A stretch of 61,788 nt of DNA, the filler included, from Rhabdomonas costata (lineage: Eukaryota): NCBI GenBank assembly GCA_019059605.1. It is 24 parts of 24 records of this genome, joined end to end, with 100 filler letters (N's around TTAATTAATTAA, not from the genome) between each part and the next. Parts side by side here need not be neighbours in the genome. Positions count along the whole stretch, not along the records: positions 48,999 to 51,475 come from JAHMHO010003232.1; positions 51,576 to 54,052 come from JAHMHO010003233.1; positions 54,153 to 56,635 come from JAHMHO010003234.1; positions 56,736 to 59,211 come from JAHMHO010003235.1; positions 59,312 to 61,788 come from JAHMHO010003236.1; 19 more parts are not named here. One strand, written 5' to 3'. The first letter of the stretch is position 1. Each line of letters begins with the position of its first letter. A model generated the notes under the pieces. The model did not search any database. It saw only the letters and a list, made by a program, of their open reading frames with translations, and was not told the origin of the DNA. This document shows, piece after piece, positions 51,125 to 61,788 of the stretch. Made by a program: the position numbers and the translations under genes.

Positions 51125-51475
51125 AACTGCAGTTTCTCCTGCATCACCGTGTTTTCTCAACTGCTAGTCTTTCTATATTCCTTTCCCACCTTTTTGGCCC
51201 ATCAATTCTTCTCTCTCTCTGGTCTTCTCTGCTCCCCTCCGCTCCCCCTCTTTCCTCACCCCTCCTATCACCTCGTATTCTCTGCGTGTCTCGAGAGACC
51301 TCACCTACTACTAACACCCTTCGCGATGAGCTCGCCAGTTGGCCAGCCTCCCCCCAGGACATTCTGGCGGCTATCCATGCGCTCGGGTGGCAGCTCTCTT
51401 CCCTCTCCGGGAAGGTGGAGACCCTCGAGCGCAACGCTGCAGTCCCCGGAACCCGAGCGACACTGCCCACACCCC
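51125..51475 (+). mobile_element. 5' end of a second copy of the same element (A1 repeat plus start of a gag-like ORF)
   Basis: 51125-51220 is near-identical to 50184-50280. It is followed by PQDILAAIHALGWQLSSLSGKVETLER, a coiled-coil ORF1-like start. Confidence 0.7.
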
Positions 51476-52550
51476 NNNNNNNNNNNNNNNNNNNNNNNNN
51501 NNNNNNNNNNNNNNNNNNNTTAATTAATTAANNNNNNNNNNNNNNNNNNNNNNNNNNNNNNNNNNNNNNNNNNNNTGTGTCGGTCAGAGCGGTTTGGGGG
51601 GGGGGGAGTACATAAATGGAGTTATGCCAATCACTAGCTGAGTGACAGAACATGGGATCAGTCCATCCTCGCTGTGAGATACGTGGTGTACCTCCGCCAA
51701 GTATTTCACAAACAACAACACCCTCTTAATCCCTGAGATTTGGGAGAAATATCGGGGGTGGGTGGTGCATCTTTTTGGTGGAGGGTGAGTGGCCCACCAA
51801 CGGAAATCATATTTTGCGAACTGCATCCTTTTCCTTTCACGGATAAAATGCCTTCTCCCGGTGATGGTGAATTCAAAGAGTCCAGTCTTATGTTTTATGC
51901 ACGCGCGGTGATTCGAGAACAAACTCCCTCTGGTCAAGCTTGGGGCGGACAGAGTGCTCATCTGCGACGTAATTCCACCAGAATCCCCACCTATCTTAAA
52001 AGGCTGCATTCTCCTGCAACCGTGCCCCCTGCAGTGGTTCGGAACCACAATACAATCCTGATACACCAGATGTCCCAACATGCGTTGCCTTCTCGGTCGG
52101 CCCGTGTGTGGCATCTGGAGTGTGATAAGGTCATATTTTGTTTCTAACCCCAGTTACGCAATATTCGTACATGGGGCGCAAAAGCAGTTTACCTAACTCC
52201 ATTGTGCTAAAAACACATGCACTGCCATATGAGGTCACAGGCACACTTAACCTAAGCCCCGTGTTCTGCACAAGATCCCAGTTCGGTCATGCAAAATGGG
52301 GTTCTGGCCCTTCCGCAAAAAATACTCTCGTCCATGCAAATCAGACATCCAGCGCTCGTTGCCCACGAACGTTTTCTCTTTACCTTGTGCTTCCATGTTG
52401 AGGGCCTTAATACCGCTCCTTCACGTTGAGGAAGCTTTGAGGTATCAGGTCCGCCGAGAACGGTCTCATTCCAAGAGAGAAGAGCAGGATGACAATTTCT
52501 GCTCTGTGGTAATCACACACTGCATACCCAACGCAAACTGCATAACATAC

Positions 52551-52836
52551 CTTGCTACAGAATTGAAGGACGGTGGCGTCTCTGCCGCCAAAGACGCAGG
52601 CTCGGGACCCAAGCACTCCGCAGCCCATTACCTTCCGTGGCGAAGAGAAGGCCGCAGTGGTGCTCTGGATCCACGACACCCCGTTCGTGCTCCACAGCAC
52701 ATCGTTCTTCACTCAAGGTTGGAAGCCCCGGAGATCATCAGCAGCGCATTCCCGACAGTCAACGTGCAGTGAGGGTTGTGGGAGTACGTGCCCGAAGGGG
52801 TGGCGCTGGTGGATAGCGTAGTCCAGGTGTACAGCG
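52551..52836 (-). pseudogene. Kelch/beta-propeller exon with a 1-nt frameshift near 52712
   Basis: YTWTTLSTSATPSG...VGNALLMISGASNL / VKNDVLWSTNGVSWIQSTTAAFSSPRKVMGCGVLGSRACVFGG. The two halves are in different frames. Confidence 0.55.
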
Positions 52837-54167
52837 CTGTGAACCAGCTCAGAGCCCTCCTTACTGACCAAGCAAGAAGCCGGAATAGGCTCAACTCTCT
52901 CTCCCCCTCTACACACACAGATGCACACACACATCTTTGCCCCATTTCTCTCTCCCTTCACAACGCACAAGCAGGTAATCCAGATATCAATATGAAAAAA
53001 AGAAAGAAAAACAAAAAAAGCGGACCTGAGATGATCCCCAATTTTTCGCAGTCTTTCCCCGATGGGATGAGGAAGGCCACGGGACACTTCGGCACGAACA
53101 CACACATACTTTTCCGCATCTCCGCACCCCATACGCCTACACCCCCCGATTTCTCGGAGCGATCGGCTGGAGGGCCCTGCCGCTGTTCACACTTACACTG
53201 ACGTTTAGTCCCATCAGAGATGGAAGGGAGAGGATCAGGGGGTACCTTGGCAGCACTCCATTTGCAAGCAGGTCTGCGAGGCACACGTCGTCTGTGGACT
53301 GAGCACGTCGTAGCCCAGAGGGCACTTCACGTCGCTCCCACAGATCCCCGGAAAAGAAAGCAAGGAATAGCCGCTCTTACCACATCATCCAAGTGTGTGT
53401 CCATGAGTGAGCTTGACCAAGCTTAGTGAGCTAAGTGAGCTTAAACCAAAACTCCTGTGGCCCAACGGCTTTTTCAATCCAGACTTCCGCGTCTTGCACT
53501 AACGAAAATGACGCCGGAACCATCAGCTTGCAGCCCCAAAGTTCAATGCGGGGGGACTTAGCTCTCGGGATATTCAACCGGAAACGACCCGGTGTACAGT
53601 GGCGAGCTTCCGATGTCATTCGCACTTCGGTGCTGCTGGCCGTTCGGGTTGGCTGGCTTTTGGTCCACTGTACGAAGCCGAAGGAGGTTTGGAAAATTTT
53701 TGTGATCAAGAGGCATTCCGAATCATGCTGAAGCCAGTAAAATCGTTCGGGGTAAGAGTCCGTTGTAGGCTTTCGGAGAGCAGGACGAAAATTTATGGCC
53801 GTGAGAGGGCATCATAAGAGGGGACGCACGCACACCCGTTCCAGAGGACCTCAGCGTGCGAATAGGCGCTGTCTAAGAGTCCTCAGCGGTCGAACCCGTT
53901 CCCGTGGAGAGGCTGCCGTCGAGCTGTTCATCTGATGCGAAAAAAATGAAAAAATACAAGCGGAAGCGGGACTGGACCCGAGTGAGGAGGTGAGCAAGTG
54001 CGATGTGTTCTGGTGGTGAACTTTCACCCCACAAACCAAACACACCCACCACNNNNNNNNNNNNNNNNNNNNNNNNNNNNNNNNNNNNNNNNNNNNTTAA
54101 TTAATTAANNNNNNNNNNNNNNNNNNNNNNNNNNNNNNNNNNNNNNNNNNNNTGAAGCCGTGGCGCT

Positions 54168-54581
54168 TCAGCTGCCTTTGGGGGGGCTTGCTTTCTTTGG
54201 GCATTGGATGCCAGGCGACTTGGTGCGGTCGCAGCCCCCCTCCATGTCGACATGCCACTCCCCGGCCCACACGCAGCCCGAAGGTGGGGCCACGTCGTCC
54301 TTCTTCCTTCGCGTCAACCCCGTGGAGTCGGAAGACCACGAGCGGTGGTTGGTGATGAACTTCTCTGTCCACCCCAGCATGGGGTAGTAGCGCTGGTTGT
54401 TGTAAACCACAGCCCGCCCGGCAGGGACGAAGCTGGGCATGGAGGGTCCCACCACGGCCTGGGCGGAGAGAAGGGCTCCGGAGGGGGAGAAGGGAGAGGG
54501 CCCGGGAAGTCCAAGGGCCTCATTGCTACTGCTGCTGCTGCTGCTGCTGTCCCCACTTCCGTTCGGGAGGGCATCAGCCAA
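54168..54581 (-). CDS. Dysferlin (DysF, Pex24/TECPR1-type) domain-containing exon
   Basis: VYNNQRYYPMLGWTEKFITNHRSWSSDSTG...KKDDVAPPSGCVWAGEWHVD matches DysFN (YENQR..P..GW...WSD..G......P.GW.W...W.VD). Confidence 0.8.
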   Translation of the reverse strand: MADALPNGSGDSSSSSSSSNEALGLPGPSPFSPSGALLSAQAVVGPSMPSFVPAGRAVVYNNQRYYPMLGWTEKFITNHRSWSSDSTGLTRRKKDDVAPPSGCVWAGEWHVDMEGGCDRTKSPGIQCPKKASPPKGS

Positions 54582-57392
54582 AGTGGGTTTAAAGTGGGTT
54601 TATTAATGACTTACCCACCGCTGGACGGTTACATCTGGAAGCATGTTCGATAATATTATTTTGACGCAATTACTCTCTTGACAATCTTTCACTTCTTTTT
54701 TCTAATATCACCCAACTTACATCTTTTTAAAATAGCGGACAGAATCATCAGTGGAATAAAGAAGGGGAACCCTGATTCTGCTTTTGCAATCTTCCTCTTT
54801 TAAACCCTCTTTCTCCGAACACATCACTTCCTGCAACCACGAAAAGGACATCCAAGTAATTGCCGCTCGCATTGAGCATTGAGCATGACCTGAATGCGAA
54901 GAATGCATCTTGTTTCAGACAGGCCTCGGACGCCCCCATCTCAGCCCTGACTGATTTTCCCCCCCAAACCTTTGCGATGAAGAATGAAAATAAAAGAAGT
55001 GACCAAATGGACTTTTCAATGTAGGTGCAGTTGTGAAAGACAATACCAGAGGGGACGCGTATGGGCGAAAAAACCCTTTGCGCCCAACGCAAACAGCCAG
55101 TTTTATGCCCCATTTCAGACTTTTCTCCTATCTTTTGGTTTCTATTCAATTGACACTTCTTGAACTCTTGAGCTGTGCTGAAAGGGATAAAACCAAAAAC
55201 GACAAAAAACATTTTCCTGGCCTCTTCGACCCCTGAGGTCTTATCTCCATCACCAGAAGCTACTGGTGAATTTTCGCAGATCATTGGTTTTTGTCACACT
55301 TTTTTTTTTTTTTGCGATTTTTTACTTCTAAATGTTACATTTAATTTTCCCGCTCTCAAAAAACTTCCGCAAAAAGCTGAAACCAAGCAACAGCAGCTAA
55401 CGGCAAACCCAAGTTCACAGAGGGGAGTGCACCGAAACAGTCGTGAATCAGAGGTATTGCCGCAGCCCGAAGCATCCCAATGGCCGTGGACACGCATCAC
55501 AGAGGGGCAGTCAGAATGTGCAGACACACAAAGACACACACACACACACTGATTTGTGTGGATGGATTGGCATCCTTTCGCATGGATTGATGGATTGCAC
55601 GCCGTGCACGCACACATACACACAGACACCCACACACATATTTACATGGGCACAGCTTACAAATACAATTACGGGGAAAGGGCGGGCCAGGAGGCCCTGG
55701 TGAGGTGAGCAATTCAGGAGAAGTGAAGCCAAAGGCAGCAGACAAAAACTTGGTGAAGAGAACCAGGGGGAGGGACGGGCGAAGGTAATATGGGCAGGAG
55801 GAGCACATGCCATGCGTGGAGGAGCACTGCGCTACACCACAAATGACTTCCCTGCCAACAGGGACCAATAGCAAGCCACTGCGCCTGCTTGCACAGTGCG
55901 AAGAGCAGGCAGCACCTCCCGATCCAAAACACCCCACCTCCACCATACTCACACTGGAAAAGGTAAGACAAAGTCCAACCGGGAAATGTGTACGGCAAAC
56001 GCGACACACACACACAAAGCTCTCGAAATAAGCCATGCCAAACAAGGGGATGCAAGAGAGAAATACTCCCAGAGTTGCAGGTCGGAAATCACCGCCGTCG
56101 CCGCCCCTTCTGCACCTTCCGCTGCACCGCTGCTCTTTTTCAGCGGGTACAGCAGAACAAGCAACGACCTCAGAACGGGGAGCAAGGCGTTATGAAGACA
56201 CAAATGGGATTTGCTTCGGCAGCACCGTACCGCGATGCCAGCAGGGCCCTCAGGGTCGCGGTACCGCAACGCCCACAGGGTTGTTGGGACTGCTGCTGCG
56301 GCTGCTGCGTGGCAGGAACGGGGAGTCTTTCCCCCTAAAATGACCGGTTTTAAGGATATCCCGCCGAAGGGACCAGGGGAAAAGATTCAGTTTTTGTGAT
56401 ATCCTTCGTTTTTACAACACGGTTAAATTCTGTGCCAATTTGCTGTACAGGACGCTGCCGTGTGACCCGCCAGGAATAAGAAAGAAAAGCACAAAGAAAA
56501 AAGGGAAGGCACGGCGGACGAAGGATCACGCACACCTCTGCTTAGTGCGCCGGCGTCGGTGAGGTTGCCGGCGATCAGGAGGATGCGAACGGAGGCGCGG
56601 CCGCCCTTCTCGGGGCTTCTTTTCAACCACAAACANNNNNNNNNNNNNNNNNNNNNNNNNNNNNNNNNNNNNNNNNNNNTTAATTAATTAANNNNNNNNN
56701 NNNNNNNNNNNNNNNNNNNNNNNNNNNNNNNNNNNTGTTTGTGGGGAACACGGTACAACATAAACGCGAAAAATCGACTCGAACCTGAGTGCGGGTGGAC
56801 GCGGCTAATAGACTTGAAGACGCAAGAATCCAATACGCTAACTACACACACTGTCACGAACACGGGACAATGACATGCCGTATAATGCTTCCCAGTCAGT
56901 TTATTGTAGCAAATTCGAGGTTATTATTCTTTTTGGAAATTCGAGATCCAGAACAATGCTCGAGTGCAGGAGTCGACGTCACCCAAATTTTTCGCTTCGG
57001 CAATCGGCAATCCAACGTAGTTTCTCCGTAATACTTTTTGCCAGCCTTCCTTTCAAGCTTGTCACAAGAATTCCCGCGGTGAGTAGTGTAAGCTCCCTTC
57101 CTTTCCAGCTCAATCGCAGTGGGTTTTTCTTCATCCCACCGCAGTGACGGACTGCCACCTGTGGACCGCTGGAAACCACAGTTTGACTTCAATAACCGCA
57201 AACCACGAGCGGTAGAGATTCCGAAATGCTGAAAGCAAGAACGAGCTGAAAAACAAAATGAGCCGAACACGGTGTTCACGGTGTTCACGCCCCATGATGT
57301 GAACGATAATCACATCAACCCTGGACTGTTGCTAGGTTGCCCCCTAATTATTCGACGCGTGTGCATTCAACTTGCCCTCCAACTCGATGTAC

Positions 57393-57752
57393 CCATCCAT
57401 CAGAACCTGGGACGGCACAGCCCAATAGGCATCCCGCCACGGCCTTTACCACCGGCCACGTGGCATTGCGCAGCTCCGCAAAGGCAAAGACGGGCCCTGC
57501 AGAGGGGGGCCTGGCCTCCCCCACCTCCACCGTGACCCCCCAAACGCTGCCATCCGCCTTGACCGTGGTGCGTGGGGTCACGGAAAGCCGGCACAGAAGG
57601 GCAGTGGTGGAGGTGGCGATGGGGGGACCACACGATGGCGGAGGGACTCTAGCCTCTCCTGCAGTGGAGTTCAGGGTGAACACGACCCTGTTTCTCACTC
57701 TTGAGGCACCAGTGAGGAAGCCACGGCCCACAAGAGTCAGCAGCATACCATC
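57393..57752 (-). CDS. IPT/TIG (Ig-like) repeat surface protein exon
   Basis: GMLLTLVGRGF...VVF...C...STTALLCRL...WGVTVEVG...VFAF, then PVVKAVAGC as the start of the next repeat. Confidence 0.6.
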
Positions 57753-58406
57753 CTGGCACCCCAGAGCTGTCTTCCCTCATGAGGGGGGGGGGGCATACAT
57801 CGCAAGAAAGCACTGTATAATGGGGTGCGGCGAGGAAAGAAAGGAAAAAAGGTCCGAGACGCATTTTCTTCCACTTTCACCGGAACGACGTCAGCGTTGA
57901 AGTCAAGGCCCGGAGGGAGGGAGGGTATGCACGTCGATTCGGTTCTTGTTTCCTAATGGACATTTACACGACTTTTGGTTTGGGTGACTGCGACAGTGAA
58001 TAAGTTTGTACAGTTCTTACAGTTCTTTCTCTTATCGCTGTTCTGGGGGTTCTACCAGGTGGGCCTATCTACCCTCTTCCGCTGGCTTCGGGAACCTCAC
58101 CAATCATCGGAAATGGGTGGGGGGTAGGACCACTTACTTCGGCCCAAAACCCCGCCCTATTCGCTGGGTGACATCCGCCATGGTCACTCCCGGACCGGAC
58201 CGAAGACCTAACATTGACCTCAGAACTCGAGCTAGGGTGACGGGTTGGGGCTCATATTTGGTGGTATGGTAGTACTCCTGAGATGAGTTGGTTGGCCGCT
58301 TCCCGGCCTCGGAGTCCTTCTCTACGCCGAGACATGGCCCCATCAAGGTCCCATTTTGGACCTTTTAAGGGCATTTTCGACTTAATTTTCAAGGGCCCCG
58401 GGTGCA

Positions 58407-58645
58407 CTTTTTGGCCCTTTGCAGGCCTGCGTGCTGAGCCTAAGCTTTCGGCCGGACCTGCTTAGCATCCCTAAGGGTAGAGCCCAGGAGTACTTCATGC
58501 TGGCACCGGAGTGGGCCGGAATGCTTCGGTTTAGAGCCACGCTAGAGGCCATTTCAGGGCCGTTTTGGGGTATTTTTGAGCCCCTTTTGCCTTTACACAG
58601 GCTTGCAAGGGCCCTTTTTGGCCCTTTGCAGGCCTGCGTACTGAC
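58407..58645 (+). repeat. About 30-bp direct repeat TTTTTGGCCCTTTGCAGGCCTGCGTRCTGA (58407-58437, 58615-58644) within a GGCC/TTTT-motif tract
   Basis: Two copies with one mismatch, seen directly. Confidence 0.8.
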
Positions 58646-58834
58646 AAGAGAAAGAACTGTAGGCTGGCGCACCGTCCGCCCACCTGCACGCAGGTGTGCC
58701 AGCAACGATTTTTTCGTTTGTTTCACACCGCACTTGGGGAAACGTTCCGGTTTTTTCTCTCGCTTTTTTTCTCATGGTTTCTCATGTTTTGCCGTCGCGC
58801 TTCATGTTTCTTCACATTGCTTTTGCCCTTGCAG

Positions 58835-59011
58835 GACTCCGCTGACCCAGCCGAGCTCAGCGAGGAGGAGCTGGGGGTGATCCTGGAGGAGCTCGACGCC
58901 GACTTGGCGCAGCACGGGCCTCACACCATCGTCTCACACGGAGTGTTTGACCGGCTGTTTAGTCTCGCCGGGAGGCACTATCTGGCCCTCTCGCCGATCT
59001 GTCGAAGCAGG
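58835..59011 (+). CDS. Exon of unknown protein (DSADPAELSEEELGVILEELDADLAQHG…)
   Basis: ttgcag acceptor, GT donor, strong GC3 bias. Confidence 0.5.
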
Positions 59012-60112
59012 GTCCCTCTCTTTATTTTCGCGTCTCTTTGTCATTTTGATCTAACCTCTTTTTCTGCCTGAATTACATTTTCTTTTCTTCTATTTTGCGT
59101 TTCTAAGGGAACTGACTCAGCTCCGACATCCGACTCCCTCTCTTAGATGCAAGGCGTGCTGTAACGCATTTCAAATAAGTTCAATAGCTTGCCAAATTCT
59201 CCACCCACCCCNNNNNNNNNNNNNNNNNNNNNNNNNNNNNNNNNNNNNNNNNNNNTTAATTAATTAANNNNNNNNNNNNNNNNNNNNNNNNNNNNNNNNN
59301 NNNNNNNNNNNGTAGAGCAACACCTTTCAAAGACGCATGTCTCTCTGCGTTTCTCTACATGAACAATCCATCAGTCCGCTAGAACATACATTGCCCCCTT
59401 CCTCCTCCATTTGAGACGACAGGCGAGGCAATCGTCGCCCGGGTTCACCTGCCATTTGGACAGAGCTGGTTGTGGAACGCCAATGTACCAGCGTCGTGGT
59501 CAAGTTTGTTTATGGAAATCTTGTATAGCTGGTTGAGGAAACGACACAGCACACAATGCATACACACACCGTCATTGTCGGACTCATTTTTCTCTTGTTG
59601 TGTGCAACCTGTTGAATTGTGGAATATGGAGAAGGCTTGCCAGTTTCGTGTTAAGTCTTCTGCCTCACGCAGTCGAAGGGATCCCCGGCGTACAGCAACC
59701 AGAGCGCGAGCCCAAACTACTACTGGAGCTGCTCGCAGTCCGGCTATGGCATAGTGGAGCTCGCCTTGGATGAAGAGATTAAGTGTGTGTGTGCGTGTGT
59801 GCGCGCGCGCACCCCCCAATAGTTTCGCCCTGTGAGAAGACTGTAAGATTCTATGCTCCGTGGAAATGAACGGTTCTTCTCCTTCGCGTAATGTGACATC
59901 TGAAATTTCTGACTGAGTCTTCCAGAACCAAACCCCACTCTTCTTTGGTCTTTTTTTTGGAGTCAGCGGAGCGATGAGCCAGGTCCGTCTTTTTCTAGTC
60001 AAAGGTAATGATTGTTGAGAGGCTGGCAGGATGGACATAGTGGGTAACCGTAGGTTGGAACCCATGTCCTTCCCCCCAACCATCATGCACCGTGCAAAAA
60101 ATCAACGCGCAG

Positions 60113-60404
60113 CTCGAGGATTCAGTGTCGGCGGGCGCTCTTTGCGCTGGAGCAGCAGCGCCGCTGCGCTGTGGAGGCCGAGGAGCAGTTCAGCCGCAGC
60201 CATGCCGAACTTCAACGCACCCGATCGCTGCCCTTCTGCCTCTTCCAGGGGCACCCGGACCACCACAACCCCGGACAAGGGCGGTGGGGGCTAGGGGTGG
60301 CGTCTCCAGGATCCGTGTCCTCCCTGCCCCGGTCGGTGAGCTTTGGGGGGGAGGACGGCACCTGCCGCGCGCTGAGCTTACCTCCACACTCTCCTCCGCT
60401 GCCG
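60113..60404 (+). CDS. Exon of unknown coiled-coil protein (RIQCRRALFALEQQRRCAVEAEEQFSRSHAELQR…)
   Basis: cgcag acceptor, gtaggt donor, E/R/Q-rich helical pattern. Confidence 0.45.
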
Positions 60405-60769
60405 GTAGGTGTACCGGTGGATCTATCCTCATGGGTGCATCGCCCATGCGCGAGAGCTTGTCGTTTTAGCCCTTTGGGGCTTTGTTTAGAAAGTGGTAAT
60501 ACAACAGCAGCAGCAACATGATGTATTCAGCTGTATACAGCACGAAACTCACCTGAACGAGTCTCAACGGCTGAGCCCTTCTTTCCTCCTTTCCTTTTGC
60601 AATTTCTTTTTTTTCCTTTCCCTCCTTTTGCTCCTTTCCGCTTTAATCGTCCATAAGACAAGTGAGAACCTGCTTAATTCTCGTTTTCTCTTTTTTTAAA
60701 AAGCAACTTTGTTCTCACACGACGCCTTGGAAAGGAAACTCTGAAGCTAACAAAACCCCTCTCTTGCTC

Positions 60770-61616
60770 TTAACTGCACGCGTTAAAGGAAGACTGAGGT
60801 GGCTCCCTGGCGGTGTGTTTTTCTTCCACACGAACGCCAACTCCTGCTGCAAGAGCTGGGCGCGGCGACGGCGCCATTCCCCTGACAGCATCACTCCCTT
60901 GGCCTGAAACGACCTCAAAAGTCGAACGACGCAACGGCTCAACTCGACCGATCAGCACCAACCTGAGCCGAACCAATTATCCCGCCCCAATTGAACATCT
61001 TGGGGCACATCCTGTATCGCAAACTATGTAGCAGTTGAGGGCATCTGCGTTCGTTGCTTCCGGGTAGTTGCTATCATCACCTTTTGCTGCCCTACCTCGC
61101 AACGGTTCTGAGATCACGGATCTTTCTTTCTATCGTGATGTTTGCAAAGTACCATCTCGCAGCCTCCCATTTTTCGACAACCCTTTTTGTCGCTGGCAAA
61201 CCTTCCAGTGCCAGCTCCCAGCTTCGCTGCTGCAGAGAAGTATTCCGGGACCTTTCAAGACACGCTGAGGAACGAAGCACCTATCACAAGCACTGGACAC
61301 ACTAAGGCGAGGGGGTGTTTCCCTCTTCCGGAGGGGTTTTCTAAATAAGGACTTGAGAAAAAGGTACGAAAGGCTGCAAAAGTTGGAAGCCGAAGGCTTC
61401 CAGGAAGTGGAAGAATGTGTACCGAAGAAATGATTACACAATAGTAATGTAAGCCTGGCCCACTGCAGAGAAGGCGCCTGGCCCCGCAGGGGGAGTTATG
61501 GTGGTGTTGAAACTGGGCAACAAATCCTTCACCCATACTCTTAAGTGCTCTCGATGGTTCCTGAAACTGTGTGTGTGTGTGTGTGTGTGTGGTTCTCACA
61601 CAGCGTTCTGGCCACA
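60770..61616 (-). CDS. Possible last exons of an unknown gene (…QNA|AKGVMLSGEWRRRRAQLLQQELAFVWKK)
   Basis: gtgaga donor near 61600 and tttcag acceptor near 60904 are phase-compatible. Confidence 0.3.
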
Positions 61617-61788
61617 GCGCGGGCCCTGCGCTGAATTACGCCGCTGCCCTTCACGCCTCACCCCCGCAGCGCCCCCACAACACCGCCTCGGCTTCCTCCT
61701 CGGGCCCAGGCAGCCGGCCGTGCAGCCGGTGCAGCTTCTACCCACCGTGCTCTCCATCGTCCCACAACCCCCACCCACACCCACCACA

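Overview
This window is not one locus. It is 24 unrelated contigs of about 2.48 kb, each joined by a 100-nt N44-TTAATTAATTAA-N44 spacer, so neighbourhood can only be read within a contig. The DNA is from an intron-rich microbial eukaryote with GC-rich exons and GT-AG (occasionally probably GC-AG) introns. A Euglenozoa-like affinity is a weak inference from the trypanosomatid-like MetRS. Fold-back contig ends and low-complexity tails suggest an amplified (single-cell-type) library. By hand-splicing I recover fragments of genes for: YIPF1/2, a TPR protein, folylpolyglutamate synthase, thioredoxin, a WSC-domain protein, an FkbM methyltransferase, a DUF5672-like protein, a PPR protein, MetRS, and Kelch, DysF and IPT/TIG proteins. 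I also find six clustered tRNA genes, an internally deleted Merlin/IS1595 transposon and a DIRS-order retroelement with split direct repeats. Four observations stand out: (1) a spliced gene fusing a WWE (poly-ADP-ribose reader) domain to a prokaryote-defence-type SIR2 domain; (2) an intron-containing WtpA/ModA-like tungstate/molybdate-binding protein; (3) a split-direct-repeat retroelement with an AAC junction core, no recombinase downstream of RT-RNase H, and a second copy starting nearby; (4) a six-tRNA cluster apparently inside the MetRS gene. All family calls are motif recognition by eye; no database search was run.
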